64,000 nt of DNA, from the NCBI GenBank assembly GCA_964016885.1, contig OZ024745.1:34534001-34598000 (forward strand), given 5' to 3'. This stretch comes from Eledone cirrhosa (taxonomy: Eukaryota). Position 1 is the first letter of the stretch, and each line of letters opens with the position of its first letter. The notes under the pieces were generated by a model, which was not told the origin of the DNA, did no database searches, and saw nothing but the letters and a program-made list of their open reading frames with translations. Shown here piece after piece: positions 42,172 to 57,161 of this stretch. The position numbers and the translations under genes were made by a program.

Positions 42172-43181
42172 TTAGTATTGGTGCTCTGAAATAGCGATTT
42201 ATATATGAATGTACGTATTGCATATTTGATAATATACTCTATCTTTATTTAAAAACATTTTTAATTCTTAAAGAGTCGTGTTTTGCAGTATCTGCTCCGG
42301 GTCCATATATTCAGAGTTCGAATCTTTCTTATGTCTGTCAGCACATATTAAAAGCAATGGAAAAACTAATGGAAATACAGTTTTATTGGCTTTATAAATA
42401 TTCCATCTATATTGATAGAGTGCATAAATACGTAATTGTTTTTTCCATTCTTGACTGTTTATGCGTGATTCTGTGCGTTAATTCTGTGTGGGTGTGTGGG
42501 TGTATGTGAGCATACATACACACACATATATATATAATAGCATTATATATATATATATGTGTCTGCGCGCGTATATATAATAGCATTATATATAAATATG
42601 GGTTTGTGTGTTTGTGGGGGGGGGGGTGTACTGACGAAAGGGAGAAGCCTGATATTTCATTGGTGATAGACTTTACTTTAATCAATCTTTGTTTTCTCGT
42701 GTGACAAGACATTTCCTGTATATTCAGACTCGTTAATAGAACTAAATGTTCCAGTTCTGGGTCTGAATTTTGTCCTGATGGAATGGTTAATTTATAGACT
42801 AGATTCTTATTCATTTGGAGAAGCATTGCTATACGCACTTTTCCTTACATCTATAAAATCTTGCATCACTTTAACTTTTCGTCGATAGACATAGCAGATT
42901 ATTTATACTTTGTGTTTTTCTTCACCTCCCATCATAAAATTCTGCTATGTTTGCTTGCGTCTAGAAAAGACAGTAAGTTTGAACGAAGTTTAGACAGAGA
43001 GGGCAAAAGAAATGGGAAAAGTCACAATCTGTGCCGAGAGGACATTGAAGATTAATTATGTCGTTGATGTTGTTGTTATTGTAACTGTTATATCACCATC
43101 AATTCCACCAACGAATTCTAGCATGGATACATGTCTACATATAACTCTATCGTACACTTCGACTGCTAGCGCAGTTCTTTG

Positions 43182-43258
<77 letters not shown>

Positions 43259-43265
43259 GCATATA

Positions 43266-43334
<69 letters not shown>

Positions 43335-43373
43335 GCATATATATGTATATATATATATATGTATATATATATG

Positions 43374-43461
<88 letters not shown>

Positions 43462-43568
43462 ATATATATAATATGTGGAATGTATGTATATATATGTATA
43501 TATATATAGTCCACTTATATATTATGGAATAGTGTTAGCTTCTCGCTACAACAATTTCTATACTTTTC

Positions 43569-43609
<41 letters not shown>

Positions 43610-43824
43610 CATATATATATATGATGGATTATACGTCTATTGTTCCGATAAACGTACGTCTAGCTTTGATATGTACGCAGTTGAGTATTTTACAGACACG
43701 TGTACACTTAGTGCTTAATTCCCAGGCCGCAACAGCATAACAACATATTTAACGAACTTTAAATTTTTAACTATAGGTATATACAATATATGTGCGTGTG
43801 TAAATACCTGTGCGTCTGTGTGTG

Positions 43825-43862
<38 letters not shown>

Positions 43863-43865
43863 AGA

Positions 43866-43902
<37 letters not shown>

Positions 43903-44911
43903 CCCCTCATCATACAATAAACATAAAAGCCCACGACTGACTGGAGTGGTTACAACATCATCACGATTCTGACAACAGTCCTATGGATAACGAAAGGGAA
44001 AATCGTGATAGAAATTCGCCCATAGTACACACCATCCCCTGGTAGGACCAATACTGATTGGGAGTGACGTTCCGAAATCCTTGAGATATCCTGTCGACAA
44101 TTTATAAAACGGATGCCCGCATTACAACCCATATGTAGAATATACAATAAAGCTTCATCTCCAATGGAAACACTCGATCGTGCGTTTTCTTGCCTTACAC
44201 AACATTAAAGCTTATATATTTACTCTTTATATTTGCACGAAGTTTGAAAATCCCATTCGTTTATTCATTATAGATCTAATTCCACGTGAGAAAGAAGTTT
44301 TTAAAAAATCAATACAACACCACCAACACCATCACCACCACCACGAACAACAACAAAAACAACAATATTTCACTAACACCACCAACAACAATATTAATAT
44401 TTAAGTTGTAAAAGAATTAAAAGAGCAACATTATGAATAGATAGGAAAATATTTTCTTGAAGATTCCATATGAATTTAATTCGTTTTGAAATCTACTTAT
44501 TTTAAGAAACTTTTAAACCAAAGACATTTCCGAGACTAATTGTCCTCACTTTCCGACTATTTTTATCAATTACTTTTCTGTCATCCATCCATTTCTCTTC
44601 CTTTCCATCTTCTGTCATTCAATCATTTCTCTCATCCATTCTCCTCTCTAGCCAAGTAACTAGAATAAATTTGTTAAACAATAAATATCTATTTATATAT
44701 TTACCTGGCAATTATATTTCATTTTCTTTGTAGTTTAATGGAGTATTATAATTTGTGTCTAGAATTACTTTCGAAACCATTGTAATGATATATCTTGTTG
44801 ATTTCTTTTCTTTAAAAAAGATTCGATTTTTTTTCTTATCGAAGATTTCTTTCGCTAATTTCCGATTCGATTTTTATTCTTCATATTCAGAAAGAATTTT
44901 AATGTGTACGC

Positions 44912-45111
44912 NNNNNNNNNNNNNNNNNNNNNNNNNNNNNNNNNNNNNNNNNNNNNNNNNNNNNNNNNNNNNNNNNNNNNNNNNNNNNNNNNNNNNNNNN
45001 NNNNNNNNNNNNNNNNNNNNNNNNNNNNNNNNNNNNNNNNNNNNNNNNNNNNNNNNNNNNNNNNNNNNNNNNNNNNNNNNNNNNNNNNNNNNNNNNNNNN
45101 NNNNNNNNNNN
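44912..45111. other. Assembly gap (200 N)
   Basis: Run of N. Confidence 1.
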
Positions 45112-45149
<38 letters not shown>

Positions 45150-45176
45150 TATATATATAATATATATATATATATA

Positions 45177-45247
<71 letters not shown>

Positions 45248-45315
45248 TATATATATAATATATATTATATATATAATATATATATATATATAATATATAT
45301 ATAATATATATATAT

Positions 45316-45346
<31 letters not shown>

Positions 45347-45353
45347 ATATATA

Positions 45354-45420
<67 letters not shown>

Positions 45421-45421
45421 T

Positions 45422-45453
<32 letters not shown>

Positions 45454-45481
45454 ATATATATATATATATATAATATATAAT

Positions 45482-45534
<53 letters not shown>

Positions 45535-45578
45535 ATATATATATATATATATAATATATATATATATATATAATATAT

Positions 45579-45610
<32 letters not shown>

Positions 45611-45637
45611 ATATATATATATATATATAATATATAT

Positions 45638-45669
<32 letters not shown>

Positions 45670-45677
45670 ATATATAT

Positions 45678-45767
<90 letters not shown>

Positions 45768-45822
45768 ATATATATATTTTATATATATATATTATTATAT
45801 ATATATATATTTATATATTATA

Positions 45823-45854
<32 letters not shown>

Positions 45855-45865
45855 ATATATTATAT

Positions 45866-45897
<32 letters not shown>

Positions 45898-45980
45898 ATA
45901 TATATATATATATATAATATATATATATATATATTAATATATATATATATATATAATATATATATATATATATAATATAT

Positions 45981-46061
<81 letters not shown>

Positions 46062-46091
46062 TATAATATATATATAATATATATATAATAT

Positions 46092-46157
<66 letters not shown>
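45112..46157. repeat. ~1-kb interrupted (TA)n microsatellite
   Basis: Seen directly, abutting the gap. Confidence 0.95.
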
Positions 46158-46175
<18 letters not shown>

Positions 46176-46381
46176 CGAGAGACGAGAGAGAGAGAGAGAG
46201 AGAGTGTGTGTGTGTGTGGTGTGTTAGTTCCACAACAAAATTAGCAAATCACACACGAGTTGAAACATTTCTATGATGGAACATGTGTCCTCGAATATGT
46301 TGTGCAACTAACTATATACCGAACTCGTCCTTTAGACTGAGTGCTCTACCAACTTTGGATATAAGTTCTCGGATTTTTACA

Positions 46382-46443
<62 letters not shown>

Positions 46444-48061
46444 CGCACACACAAACACACACACACACAGATATATATATATATGTGTGTGTGTGAGTGT
46501 GTGTGTGTTTGTTTGTGTGTATGTGTACTATTTATTCTGATTTCTCTCATGAGACTCTTTTCTGGCAATCTTCTTTCTGTTACTTTTTCCTGTATTCGAT
46601 TTTACGTCACATTTAATTACATTTAATTACATTTAATTACATTTAATCACATTTACTTACAAATTTGAGTGGTGATGTTTGTAAGGTTTTCAAATATAAG
46701 TTTATATATTAAAACCTTTTTCTTTAACGCTATATATTATTGTCGTATTATCGATTGAAACGTATCGATTGAAATATATCGATTTTTATTGTAACTTACC
46801 TTCAATATATTTTCTATTGTATCTTGATACAACGACAGTAAAAATATATCTTTAGAATATTCAAACTGAACTTGTTATGAAACTGAACAACCTCCCGATG
46901 TTATGACAAGGGAATACTTTGAAACATAGCATGGTTAATTTGATATCTTGTTATGTATCTGTGCGATTGATATCTTCACTTTATTGACAATGATCAAATG
47001 TATTCCAGCTGTGATTATTCTGTTTGTTTTGTATATAGGATACATTGTCTAATGTGTCATATTTTAAGTAGGATGCTTAGGGGATTTCTGAAAGATTTTA
47101 CTGTAATTTCTAACTGGGATGCTAACAGCAAATAGTATCAGCAATGGAAAGATGAAAGAAACCATGGTTTCTTTTCTCTGAAATGATGATCAGCTCCTTT
47201 CCTATTCTAGCGGACAGTGCTTTTTGTACTGACTCTAACGTAACAGTGGAGACTTCTGGTGTCCTTGGCACTAGGGCTACCCCCATACTTACCACCATAG
47301 GCGCTGACCTGGGTAGCCGCAGGTGTGAGCCTCTCGAGATGGAATGGCTCTTCCAGTGCATCTCCCTTACCATCCTCCGGGGAAACACCTTCTCCATTCT
47401 GTCTGTCGGGGCTATGGGCGTCCAGCACGTGGGACCTCATTTGCTCATAATAGAGAGAGATGGGAGTTCGGCTCTTCTGTGTTCGGACCTGGTGTGCAGC
47501 ATCAGTTGTCCGTAAGGAGATAGTGATTCATCTACTATTATAGAGTAGCTCCACTTGTATTGTATCCTATACCGGGACTTAATGATTACCGCTTTAAAGT
47601 TATTACGTGGAAAAAGGCCAGGTTGAACTAAAGCCTTTCAAATCTCACTCACTTTGACGTAGATTAGTATAATTGGAGATTTTTACTATTAATGCAACTG
47701 GTCAAATAAAATTATACAATCAATACACAGGAAAACAATAGAGTACAATGAAGGTATCTATTATTTTAACACTTGATATCCTAGGAAAGAATTCTTACCG
47801 TTTCTGAACTTAGTCCTTTATTGGAAGTTTTCTTGCGTCAGTGATTAAACATCGCAGGTGATGCATTAATTATCTATAGACAATAGCATTTGGCGTTCAC
47901 ACAGGTAACTCTGGGTTAATCACAGCTTTAAATACTCACAGTGAAACTTACCTATATTTATTATGCATTCATAGGTATATCCTCCCATATAGGCCTTTAT
48001 TCTTAACCACGACGCGTCAGTACTATTGATAACATGGATATATATCATCAGTAGCATTTAT

Positions 48062-48118
<57 letters not shown>

Positions 48119-51100
48119 GGGTGTGTGGGTATGCGTGTATGCGTGTGTATGTGTGCATGTGTGTGTGGGCGTGTGTGTGTGTGTGTGTGCGTGTGTCTGT
48201 TGGATGATCCGATCCAGTCAATAATTTCATAAAATATGTTGGCAAAATAGACAAATAGCCTTGTGTAATTATGAAACTGAAGTGATCTTATAGATTAAAG
48301 GTTCACTTGAATTATAACTCTCAAGTGTGACGTCTAGCCGTAGCAATGCCATGTTATATTTAAAACTATTCGTGAACATATAATATTTTTACAATTTCAT
48401 TTCTATTATTCTCAAAATTCTGACGACGTCAGTTTAAACAAAAAATATAAAAATCGAATGTTAAATCTCATTGATCAGAACTTTTGTTTTCAACATTAAG
48501 TATTTTCCTCGTCACACAACAGTAATTGCTAGAAAGGTATTTCTACTTGTATTGTTTCATCATTGACATATTTATACATTTTCTGGAGTCTTATAAGGTT
48601 ACTTATTAATTTTTAAATTGCAATTAGATTATATAATATCCTTTTTTTATCATTTCAAGTTTTATATTCGTTGTGTATGTTATATTTATGAAATTGCAGT
48701 ATATTTGATGTAAAGTGTAAGGGATCAATCCCAGTTGGAATCGATTGCAATTTTGTCGCTAATTCTTTAGAGTAAACAAACAACTTAATTATTCATTTCT
48801 ATTTCCTTTCTAATCATTGATTTCTCCCTTAGTTTGAAAAATCAATACTTCATTTTACCACTTTAAGAAATTATGAAAATGCACTTGGCTCGATCCTAAG
48901 AAATATCTTTACAAAGGAAACTACTTTGAATCTTATCAGAACAGTTCTGTAACTGTCTGCAAGCTTTTAGCGACACAGCCAGTTCATTTAGAGGTTCTCA
49001 AAATTACTTAGATAGTAAAAGCTATTTTACTACATGTCTATTTGAATTTCGATATCATAAAGGAGATCCCTATAATATTTAGACTATTGAACAAACCATT
49101 GAATACTTGACCCCTCATAGATACAGTCATATACAAAATAAATAGATAAATAAATAGATCAGTAAGCAATATATATTAAAAAGATAATAGTAACTGGCTC
49201 GATTTTATGAATGAATAAATTCTTTCTCATTTAAGACTACATATATTCTTCTCAGTAAAAACAACATTTTCTATTTTAAATTGTTTTATATTGTAGCAAA
49301 AGTTCAGATTTTATTATGGGTATGTCTTTAATAGTTGCAAATGAAATTAACGATATATTGTTAATATCTCTAATAAGTTTCTTTTTATTGGAAGCTGTAA
49401 TTACATACAATAGAGCATAAACAGAACAAAGGTCGTAATCTTCGATATTTAAATTGAAATCTTCTGCACATACAAACTCTCAGAAGGGCTGTGATGCTGA
49501 ATATTATATATTATGAGTAGATGCACATAGAGATGCAGAATTATAGTCCGATACGCACACACGTAGATACACATATACAGATAATCACACAAACATATAC
49601 TCACTTGCAGTCACTCTCTTTATCAATTCTCCGCTCTTTATAATTCTTTAAAAAACAGCTTATCAATGATCAATATTAAATTTCAACCATCGATTAGCTT
49701 CTGTTTTTTCAAGTATTCCATATAATAATTGTTTGTTTATACGAACTACTGTCATACAGTGTACATATCTAATTGTTCCATAAAAGTAAAATAAATAAAT
49801 AACAATCTAAATTATAATTGGTTATTTATCGTCTTTTGTAAAAAAAATCTCTTTGATATTTAATCTATTAGCAAGCAATAAATGAAAAGTAAAATAGAGT
49901 TGTTTGTTCTCTAAATTTCAATGCATCTCATGTTACTGGTTAACTAATTATATTTCAGTTCTTGTCTACATGTTCACTTTCTTCATAAAGTAGAAATATT
50001 GATTTCTAATGTGGAAGCTCTATTCCCACCCTAAAAGAATTTTATAGTGGTCAACACGAGGCATTGTCTAGTGTTTATTTTCAGTGTGGACATCATACCT
50101 CGCCCTGTATTCATCGCTAGATTTTCAATAATAATCTGGGGATTAGAGATTGTCCCTTTGAAATTTAATCAAAATTATTAATTAATATAGACACAAAGTT
50201 AGTATTTTAGGAGAGAGGAAATTCGATTAAGTACTTTACACTTTATTTTACCCTGAAGGATCAAAAGTGAATTTGATTTTGGCCGGATTTGAACTGAGAA
50301 TATAAAGGGTCGTAATTTTGTCCGACGCTTGTTAATTATGCTAATCCGTTCTATAACTAATAAGAAACAATATTATAATCTGTCAGTTTAACGTATGAAT
50401 TAATGATATTAAACCAAAATAATATCATAATAAATAGACTGCATTCTACCTCTAACCAAACGTACATCAGATTGTATTCTCTAATCCTCTGTTTCTTGCT
50501 ATTTGATATATCAGTAAAATTTCTATATGTCATTTTATTTCCAGTTAGATATTAAATAATAATTGTTTTCTAGCATTGAAGCTGAGACATAAACTCGCTT
50601 CATATAATCTACCTTTCTATGTCGTTATTTGTGTTCATGTAATCTACGTTGTTTGGTGATAAACCTGAATCATCATTTGGCTTCATATAATCTAGGTTTT
50701 AATGTTTCATTAGACACCAACCTTCCCACATTTTGTTTTCCCCTTCAAACTTATGCATCACTTCAATTATGTATTACACGTACGAATATTTCAGCTAGAT
50801 TACCACTTCTAAAACTTATTCTCTTTAGATTTATTAATACAGCAGTGTCTATGCTGATGCAAATATTTTGTCGATTTTCAATTAATCAATAGCCTTTTAT
50901 CTGAATATGAGACTAATTATGAACGGTATAACTTGTCTCAAGTAGTCATAGCATTGTGCGTTTTTATACGCTTGCTAAATGCTCAGTTTCCGGTTCTTAG
51001 CAAATACAGTGATGAGTGCGTGAGAACTGAAAAGACGTATAGAACCGGTTCCTGACTGGAGAGATAGATAAGATGACTGAATAGATAATAGCTTGTGAGA

Positions 51101-51617
51101 TAGTCTGAGTAAAACATTAGAGCAGCTAGCAAACATCTTCAAAGTAGTCGGTAAACTTATCTTGGTAAAATCTATTGTTTAATACATTTACGCAGGTTAT
51201 AAACAGAATAAAAGTTTACCCTAATCCAGCAACACCATGAAGTACAATATTGTATCTTTTCTGTTTGTGAAAACCACCCTAAATTCGAATGATGTTGAAT
51301 ATGTTTTCTGTAATAAGGTGTGCACTGAATACGTGGGCTGACTAAAGAACTAAATCATAGCTTGTTTATTTCAAATTCATATTTTCTCGTTCATTATATT
51401 ACGTGATTATTAGAAACAGTTGGTCTAGTTTGCTAACATTTATAGAAAGCTCATCTAAGTGTAGTGTATATTTCTTGGTAGTTGGATCTAACTTAACACT
51501 AACATCCACCTCCTGTTCTGTTAATTGGTGGGTGGTTTCAAACTGCAACACGGTTTCAAACCACTACTGAAGCCTTACATAACAATCCAACATCAGATAT
51601 CTCAATAGCTATGCGAT

Positions 51618-51795
51618 GCACCACTGACCATATAACAAGCACTGATCATATGGCGCATCACTGGATATAGGATACATCATTGGGTAAAATACGCCTCACT
51701 TGGTGTTTGACATATGACTGACTATAAGACACTTCACTTGATATAAACTATATCACTGTATATAAGACATATCATCAGATATAAGATATTTCACT
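51618..51795. repeat. Degenerate ~20-bp minisatellite
   Basis: Units like CATCACTGGATATAAGACA. Confidence 0.65.
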
Positions 51796-52249
51796 AACAA
51801 AATGACATTTTACTGCCTATAAAATATATTACGTCTTTGGAAATATTTAATCTCATAAATGTGATGCCACATAATGTTTGTGAATTATTCAAGAAGTTCA
51901 ATATTCTGCAACTTGGCTTTCTTACATTAGTATTCACGCTGTTGTTAGCCATATTGAAGTAACACAAAGTACGCCGGTTTCTTGAAGATATAATCAAGGT
52001 GTTTATGCGGTGGTTACGTTTAATAATCGATGTCTCCGACAGGTGATCGAAGTTTAGCTCCTGTATTTTTGTAGAACATAATAATTGCTGTTAATTTTTA
52101 ATGTTGTATCTCATTAGTGAGAAGAATTTATTTCATCTTGTCTCAACCATTAGACGAAGACACGTATGCTTTGCAGGACGTTTTTGGTGAGCTAAGCTAG
52201 AATCCATTTTTTGTATACTCCTATGCATGTCCCAATGTGTTGGACCTCT

Positions 52250-52556
52250 ATCGATTCCGACGACCAGTGTTATCGTTTTCTGGTCAACGGAACAGCTTGC
52301 TCATGAAATATACACAGAAGTAGTTCAACATCTCACAGACACGTGTGCCTTTAATGCAATTCTCAGGAAAATTTGGTGTGGCACAATATTTGACTTAAAG
52401 GATTGTCACTTAAATTTCAAATACAGTCCAGTTGAAGGGACGGAAACAACGTGAAATAAAGTGTCCTTCTCGATGGCAGGATACGCGGCCGGGAATGGAA
52501 ATCACGACCTTAGATAGTAAGCTGAATACCCTACCAACTAAACTACGTGCCTTCAC
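52250..52556 (-). mobile_element. tRNA-derived SINE (second family)
   Basis: Minus strand starts GTGAAGGCACGTAGTTTAGTGGTAGGG. Homologous to 53340-53646 and ~58330-58625. Confidence 0.7.
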
Positions 52557-53339
52557 ATTCCTATGGACACTCCAAAATGGATATGCACGGTGGTGCCGTA
52601 CAGTATAATCCTTTATCAGGTAGTTCTATGTGAACATGGAATGCTGACCTTTCAAACGTTGTGCGGGATTGAGACAGAGGAGTGATTGAATCGAGTAAAT
52701 CAGAGCAAGCTCTACCATATGATGATGATGATGAAAATGTTTGAACATTTGTACAGGTATAAGCTATATCATTGAGCTGTACTATAGCCATATATCGTTT
52801 TAATGCTACTTCCTATAACAATAATTCAGAATTATAGAAATGTTAATAAGTGGATATAATGACGTGGTTATAACTGTCGGCAAATTTCCATCTTTGGGAA
52901 TATTGTTCAGTCAGGAAGATGAAGTTAGTTTAATGATTCTTGGTATTAATAGCGCATTATCTTATTGCCATTAGTCTCATTGTTATTATGGTTTGGTAAT
53001 TTTAATGACTAGATATTAATTCTGTGCAGACATATTCAAGCTGTCTGTTAGTTTACAGATGTTACACAATTGTTGCCTCTGACATGGGCTTACTTATCTG
53101 CATCGTTATCTATATAGGTGTTGACTATATACAAAATAACCACTCCATTCAATAAATTGATTCAGATTGTTATTTCAAATTTAGTATTTTTATTTTCATT
53201 TAATTATCTAACTAATTTGTAATGTCATATATATTTTATTTAATCTCTCTAGCTTCTATTTTTGCAATAGAAATTTTGTTACGTTTTATTATTTATGCAT
53301 CATCAACTTTATGTTTTACTGGACCTCCGTCGGTTCTAA

Positions 53340-53646
53340 CGAAGAGTGTTTCAGGTGTTCGAGCAATGGAACTGTCTGTTCGTGAAATTAACGTAAAAGT
53401 GGAAACATATTTAATAGACACATGTATCCTTCATGCAATGCTTCGGGTGATTCAGCATGGTATAGTGTGTGACAAGACTGGCTCTTTGATTTACATATAC
53501 AATCCATATTTCCCAACTGAGTGGACTGTAGTAACGTGAAAGAAGTATGGTGCTCAAAGATATAAGAGGCTTCCCTGTCCGGATTCAAATTCACGGATTT
53601 ACGCTTGTGATCCCAAGATCTTAACAATTAAACCACGTGCCTTCAC
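53340..53646 (-). mobile_element. tRNA-derived SINE (second family)
   Basis: Minus strand head GTGAAGGCACGTGGTTTAATTGTTAAG..GAATTTGAATCC. Confidence 0.7.
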
Positions 53647-53886
53647 AATAAACTAATTAAGTGAATATATATACTGTTTATTTCGTCTACCTTCCTAATT
53701 TACAAAGATCAAACTCACATAATCTCAAACCTTGTTTTCAGTTTAGCTAATTATTATTTGCCTGTACATGTATAATTTTAAGTTATATTGTATTTATTTC
53801 TGATATTAACTTAACTAATTTTATTACACTGTTATTATTACTTTATATATATATTAAATATGTTTTATATTTTCCATCTATTTCAG

Positions 53887-54050
53887 GTTTTATTGGGACC
53901 TCTTCATGTTGGTCTTGCTTATAGCAAATCTTATAATTTTACCCGTAGCAATATCATTTTTTAACGATGATCTCAGCACACACTGGATAGTATTCAACTG
54001 TATATCAGACACTGTCTTCTTTCTAGATATTATCATCAATTTTAGAACAG
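53887..54050 (+). CDS. HCN: Internal exon of a hyperpolarization-activated cyclic nucleotide-gated (HCN/Ih) channel, S1-S2
   Basis: Acceptor tttcag|G and donor AG|gtaagt, 164 nt (phase 2 in, phase 1 out). Encodes (R)[54 protein letters not shown](G), the HCN S1-S2 signature. Confidence 0.95.
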
Positions 54051-55768
54051 GTAAGTCACAGACAAAGCTTCTTATTTACTCTATTTCTGTTTAAATGTGT
54101 TTATATTCTCATACAGTTAAATGCATCTATATGTATGCTGTTGTAAAATACCAGAAATGGAACTCCTGAAACAAGATTATATACATTCGCCCATATAAGC
54201 TAAAGTCACTGAAAGGATATTTCTGTTGTGAGAGAAGCATTGACGACAATTGTACTAATGTTCTCAAGACAGAATGTATTAAATTCTGCATGAATCATAC
54301 TTTGGTTTTGTAGAGCAAAGAATAATTTATATCTTGTGAATGTCTATTTACTCTCTATCAATTTTATTTATATTTATGTTCTTGGCGTACACATATACAA
54401 GACGCACATATATACAAACTCACATACATACATACATACATACATACATACATACATACATACATACATACATGATGGCTGTAACTCGATTTCGAGTAAT
54501 TTTATCGCTTGATAGTTAAGCATGAGTAGCACAGACGAAGCTTTTTAATCTTGTTAGGGACGTGCCTACAGCCATCCATGCCATGCATCCCAAAAAATGT
54601 TACATATCAAGCGATGCCTGTGCTTGAAGCCTTTAAGTGAAGAAAGGTTTTGTTTGGAACCAATCCCACTCTCTGAACCTCGAATGCATTTTTCCAAAAA
54701 GTAAAATTGGTCTACATTATTGGATGCATACGATTTGATGCATACATACATGACTGTAAAAACCTCATTCTTCTTATTATTTTTTTTTCTTCTGTAAATA
54801 TATGCTATTTACACTCAAATGTAAATAAATCGTTTTTGTTACAGTTAAACTTATATAGAATCCTTCAAACGGCCAGCATCCATGGAATTTCCACATTCTA
54901 TAAATTTCCTTATTTCTGTTTTGATGCATAACATTAAAGATCTTCATGATATCGTTTTATTATATTAAATACTTGTATATCGAATATGTTTTCAAATTCG
55001 TTCCACACGAACGCCCTGTCAAGTAAAATTTTATTTTACATGCTACAGAAGCTTGTAATTGCATGTATTTCATAACACCATTTGGTTACCTGCACGTCTT
55101 GTTGATGGCTTATGTATGGTCTCAGTGAAATCTTAAGGTCTAATGCATTCCCTAGAGCAGCTACATGGCATACTGCATGTCATGAACAATTAAAACCTAC
55201 CAGTGCCCATTCTGCTACAGTTCTCAATACTGCTGATTTCTCCTAGAGAGAGAGGACAGAAACAGAGACAGTGAGAGAGAAAGGAATGAGAAAGATATGT
55301 TGATGAGTAATTGACCCCAGTATTGGACTGGTAATCTATTTTCTCGACGACCTCAGAAGTTTGAAAAGTAAAGTTGAACTAGGTGGGAGTTGAACTCAGA
55401 ACGATACCGCATCCCATTTGTCTGGCGTGCTTACCCATTCTGCCAGTTCGCCGCTACATGTGAACGGTGCTGGATTAACTTATCACATGAAACTGGAAAT
55501 ACGTGAAAAATGTAGCTTCAGATAACTTGATTCTAAGGACGTTAATCTCTAGGGCAAGGTGTTCTGTTGATCAAACAACTGGACCACTCATCGTTGGAAC
55601 TGAGGGAGGCCCAACACACACCTTGTACACCCAACTTTAGGTGCTAATGGTTTAAATAGACCATTTAATTTCGAGGTGGTGTTACACTGCTGGCACATAC
55701 GGACGTCATAAAGTACAATATTACTATTGTAAACATCGGATTGGGGAAAGGTATATTATACACACATA

Positions 55769-55816
<48 letters not shown>

Positions 55817-56940
55817 CGCACGAACACACAAACACACACACATATATATATATATAGAGAGAGAGAGGTAGAGAGGTGGGATAAACAGAGAGAGAGAGTG
55901 AGAAAAAGAGAAAGAGAAAGAGAGAAGAGAGAGTGAGATATACTAGAAGTGCATATGGATATAGAGAACTAAATATTAAACAAATAAGAGAAAAAAAATA
56001 ATAATTTCGTCTAAATAAAACGTGATGCCATGAACAATGCTATAACATACACACCTATTTTCTAATCATAAGGAAACCAATAAAAACACGAAGCTTATTA
56101 ATTTAAATAAAGGCAATATTATCGATTATTGTGATTAGTTACACTATATTAATTAATAATCTATAATGATTAAAAATAATTATATCAACCTTCAATAATT
56201 AATAGCATATTTCGTTATAGCTTTCAGCTGACGTTATGTTTTATACAAAAAGTGTTCACTCGTCATAATTCCGATTATGGAGGTTTCACTTCGAGATTCG
56301 ATATAACACAACCTTGTTCTGTATCTATGTTTAATATATTAGACACGTGTGTGCTAAAATTAATTAAATAATATTGTTGTTCAGAACAAATTACATTCTT
56401 CCATCTATTTTCGTTTATTACTTGTTTTTGTTGCTGTGTACAGAAAGCAACTCTACAGTCGCAGTAGTCTTTTAATTTGAGTTCATACTCATAAAAAGTT
56501 AATATACGTACAATTCTAGTTTGCACAAACTATATTATAAATAAGGTTCATCGGACGTTCTTCCAAACAGTTTCTATCAACTAAGTTTCACTCATAGGAC
56601 TTAGGTCGAACCGAGGCAATGATAAACGACACTTGTTCAAGTTACATTGAAAACGACTAAAATAACAAATTCATTATAATATGCAATGGATATTGAAATA
56701 ATTCAAGCATTTTATTATTAACATATTTAAAAATATTAAGGCTCCAAGAAGATTCCATACATGAAGTAACTTGTAATTTCAAGCGTAAGGAAGAAAGCTA
56801 AAAAAATAATATTGATTTAATGGAATTTAATTTACATTTTTGTTTTAAAATCCCAATAATAATATTATTTCGAATTGTGAAATTATGTAAATAAAAGATA
56901 ACTGATATAAAATATTTTATCCTTTCTAATCACTATTTGT

Positions 56941-57161
56941 GGCAGTGGATTAGCAGTATAGGTAGAGCTTCGGGTACCCTGCTTCGCGACGCGACAGAGA
57001 GTTACGGCCCTTTGCGTTCTGAGTTCAAATCCCGCCGAGTTTAGCTTTGCCATTCATTTTTACAGGGTCGATAAAATAAAGCATCAGTAATGAACTGGTG
57101 TTAATTTAATCGACTTTCCATTCAAATTGCTGGCCTTGTGCCTAAAGTAGAAACAATTATT
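56941..57161 (+). mobile_element. tRNA-derived SINE (major family, full length)
   Basis: GGCAGTGGATTAGCAG head, GAGTTCAAATCCC B-box and tail GTAGAAACAATTAT. Confidence 0.85.

Noticed and set aside
47955-48055. Minus-strand CUGAUGA..GAAUGCAUA
   Set aside because: Missing one core A and stem I does not pair.
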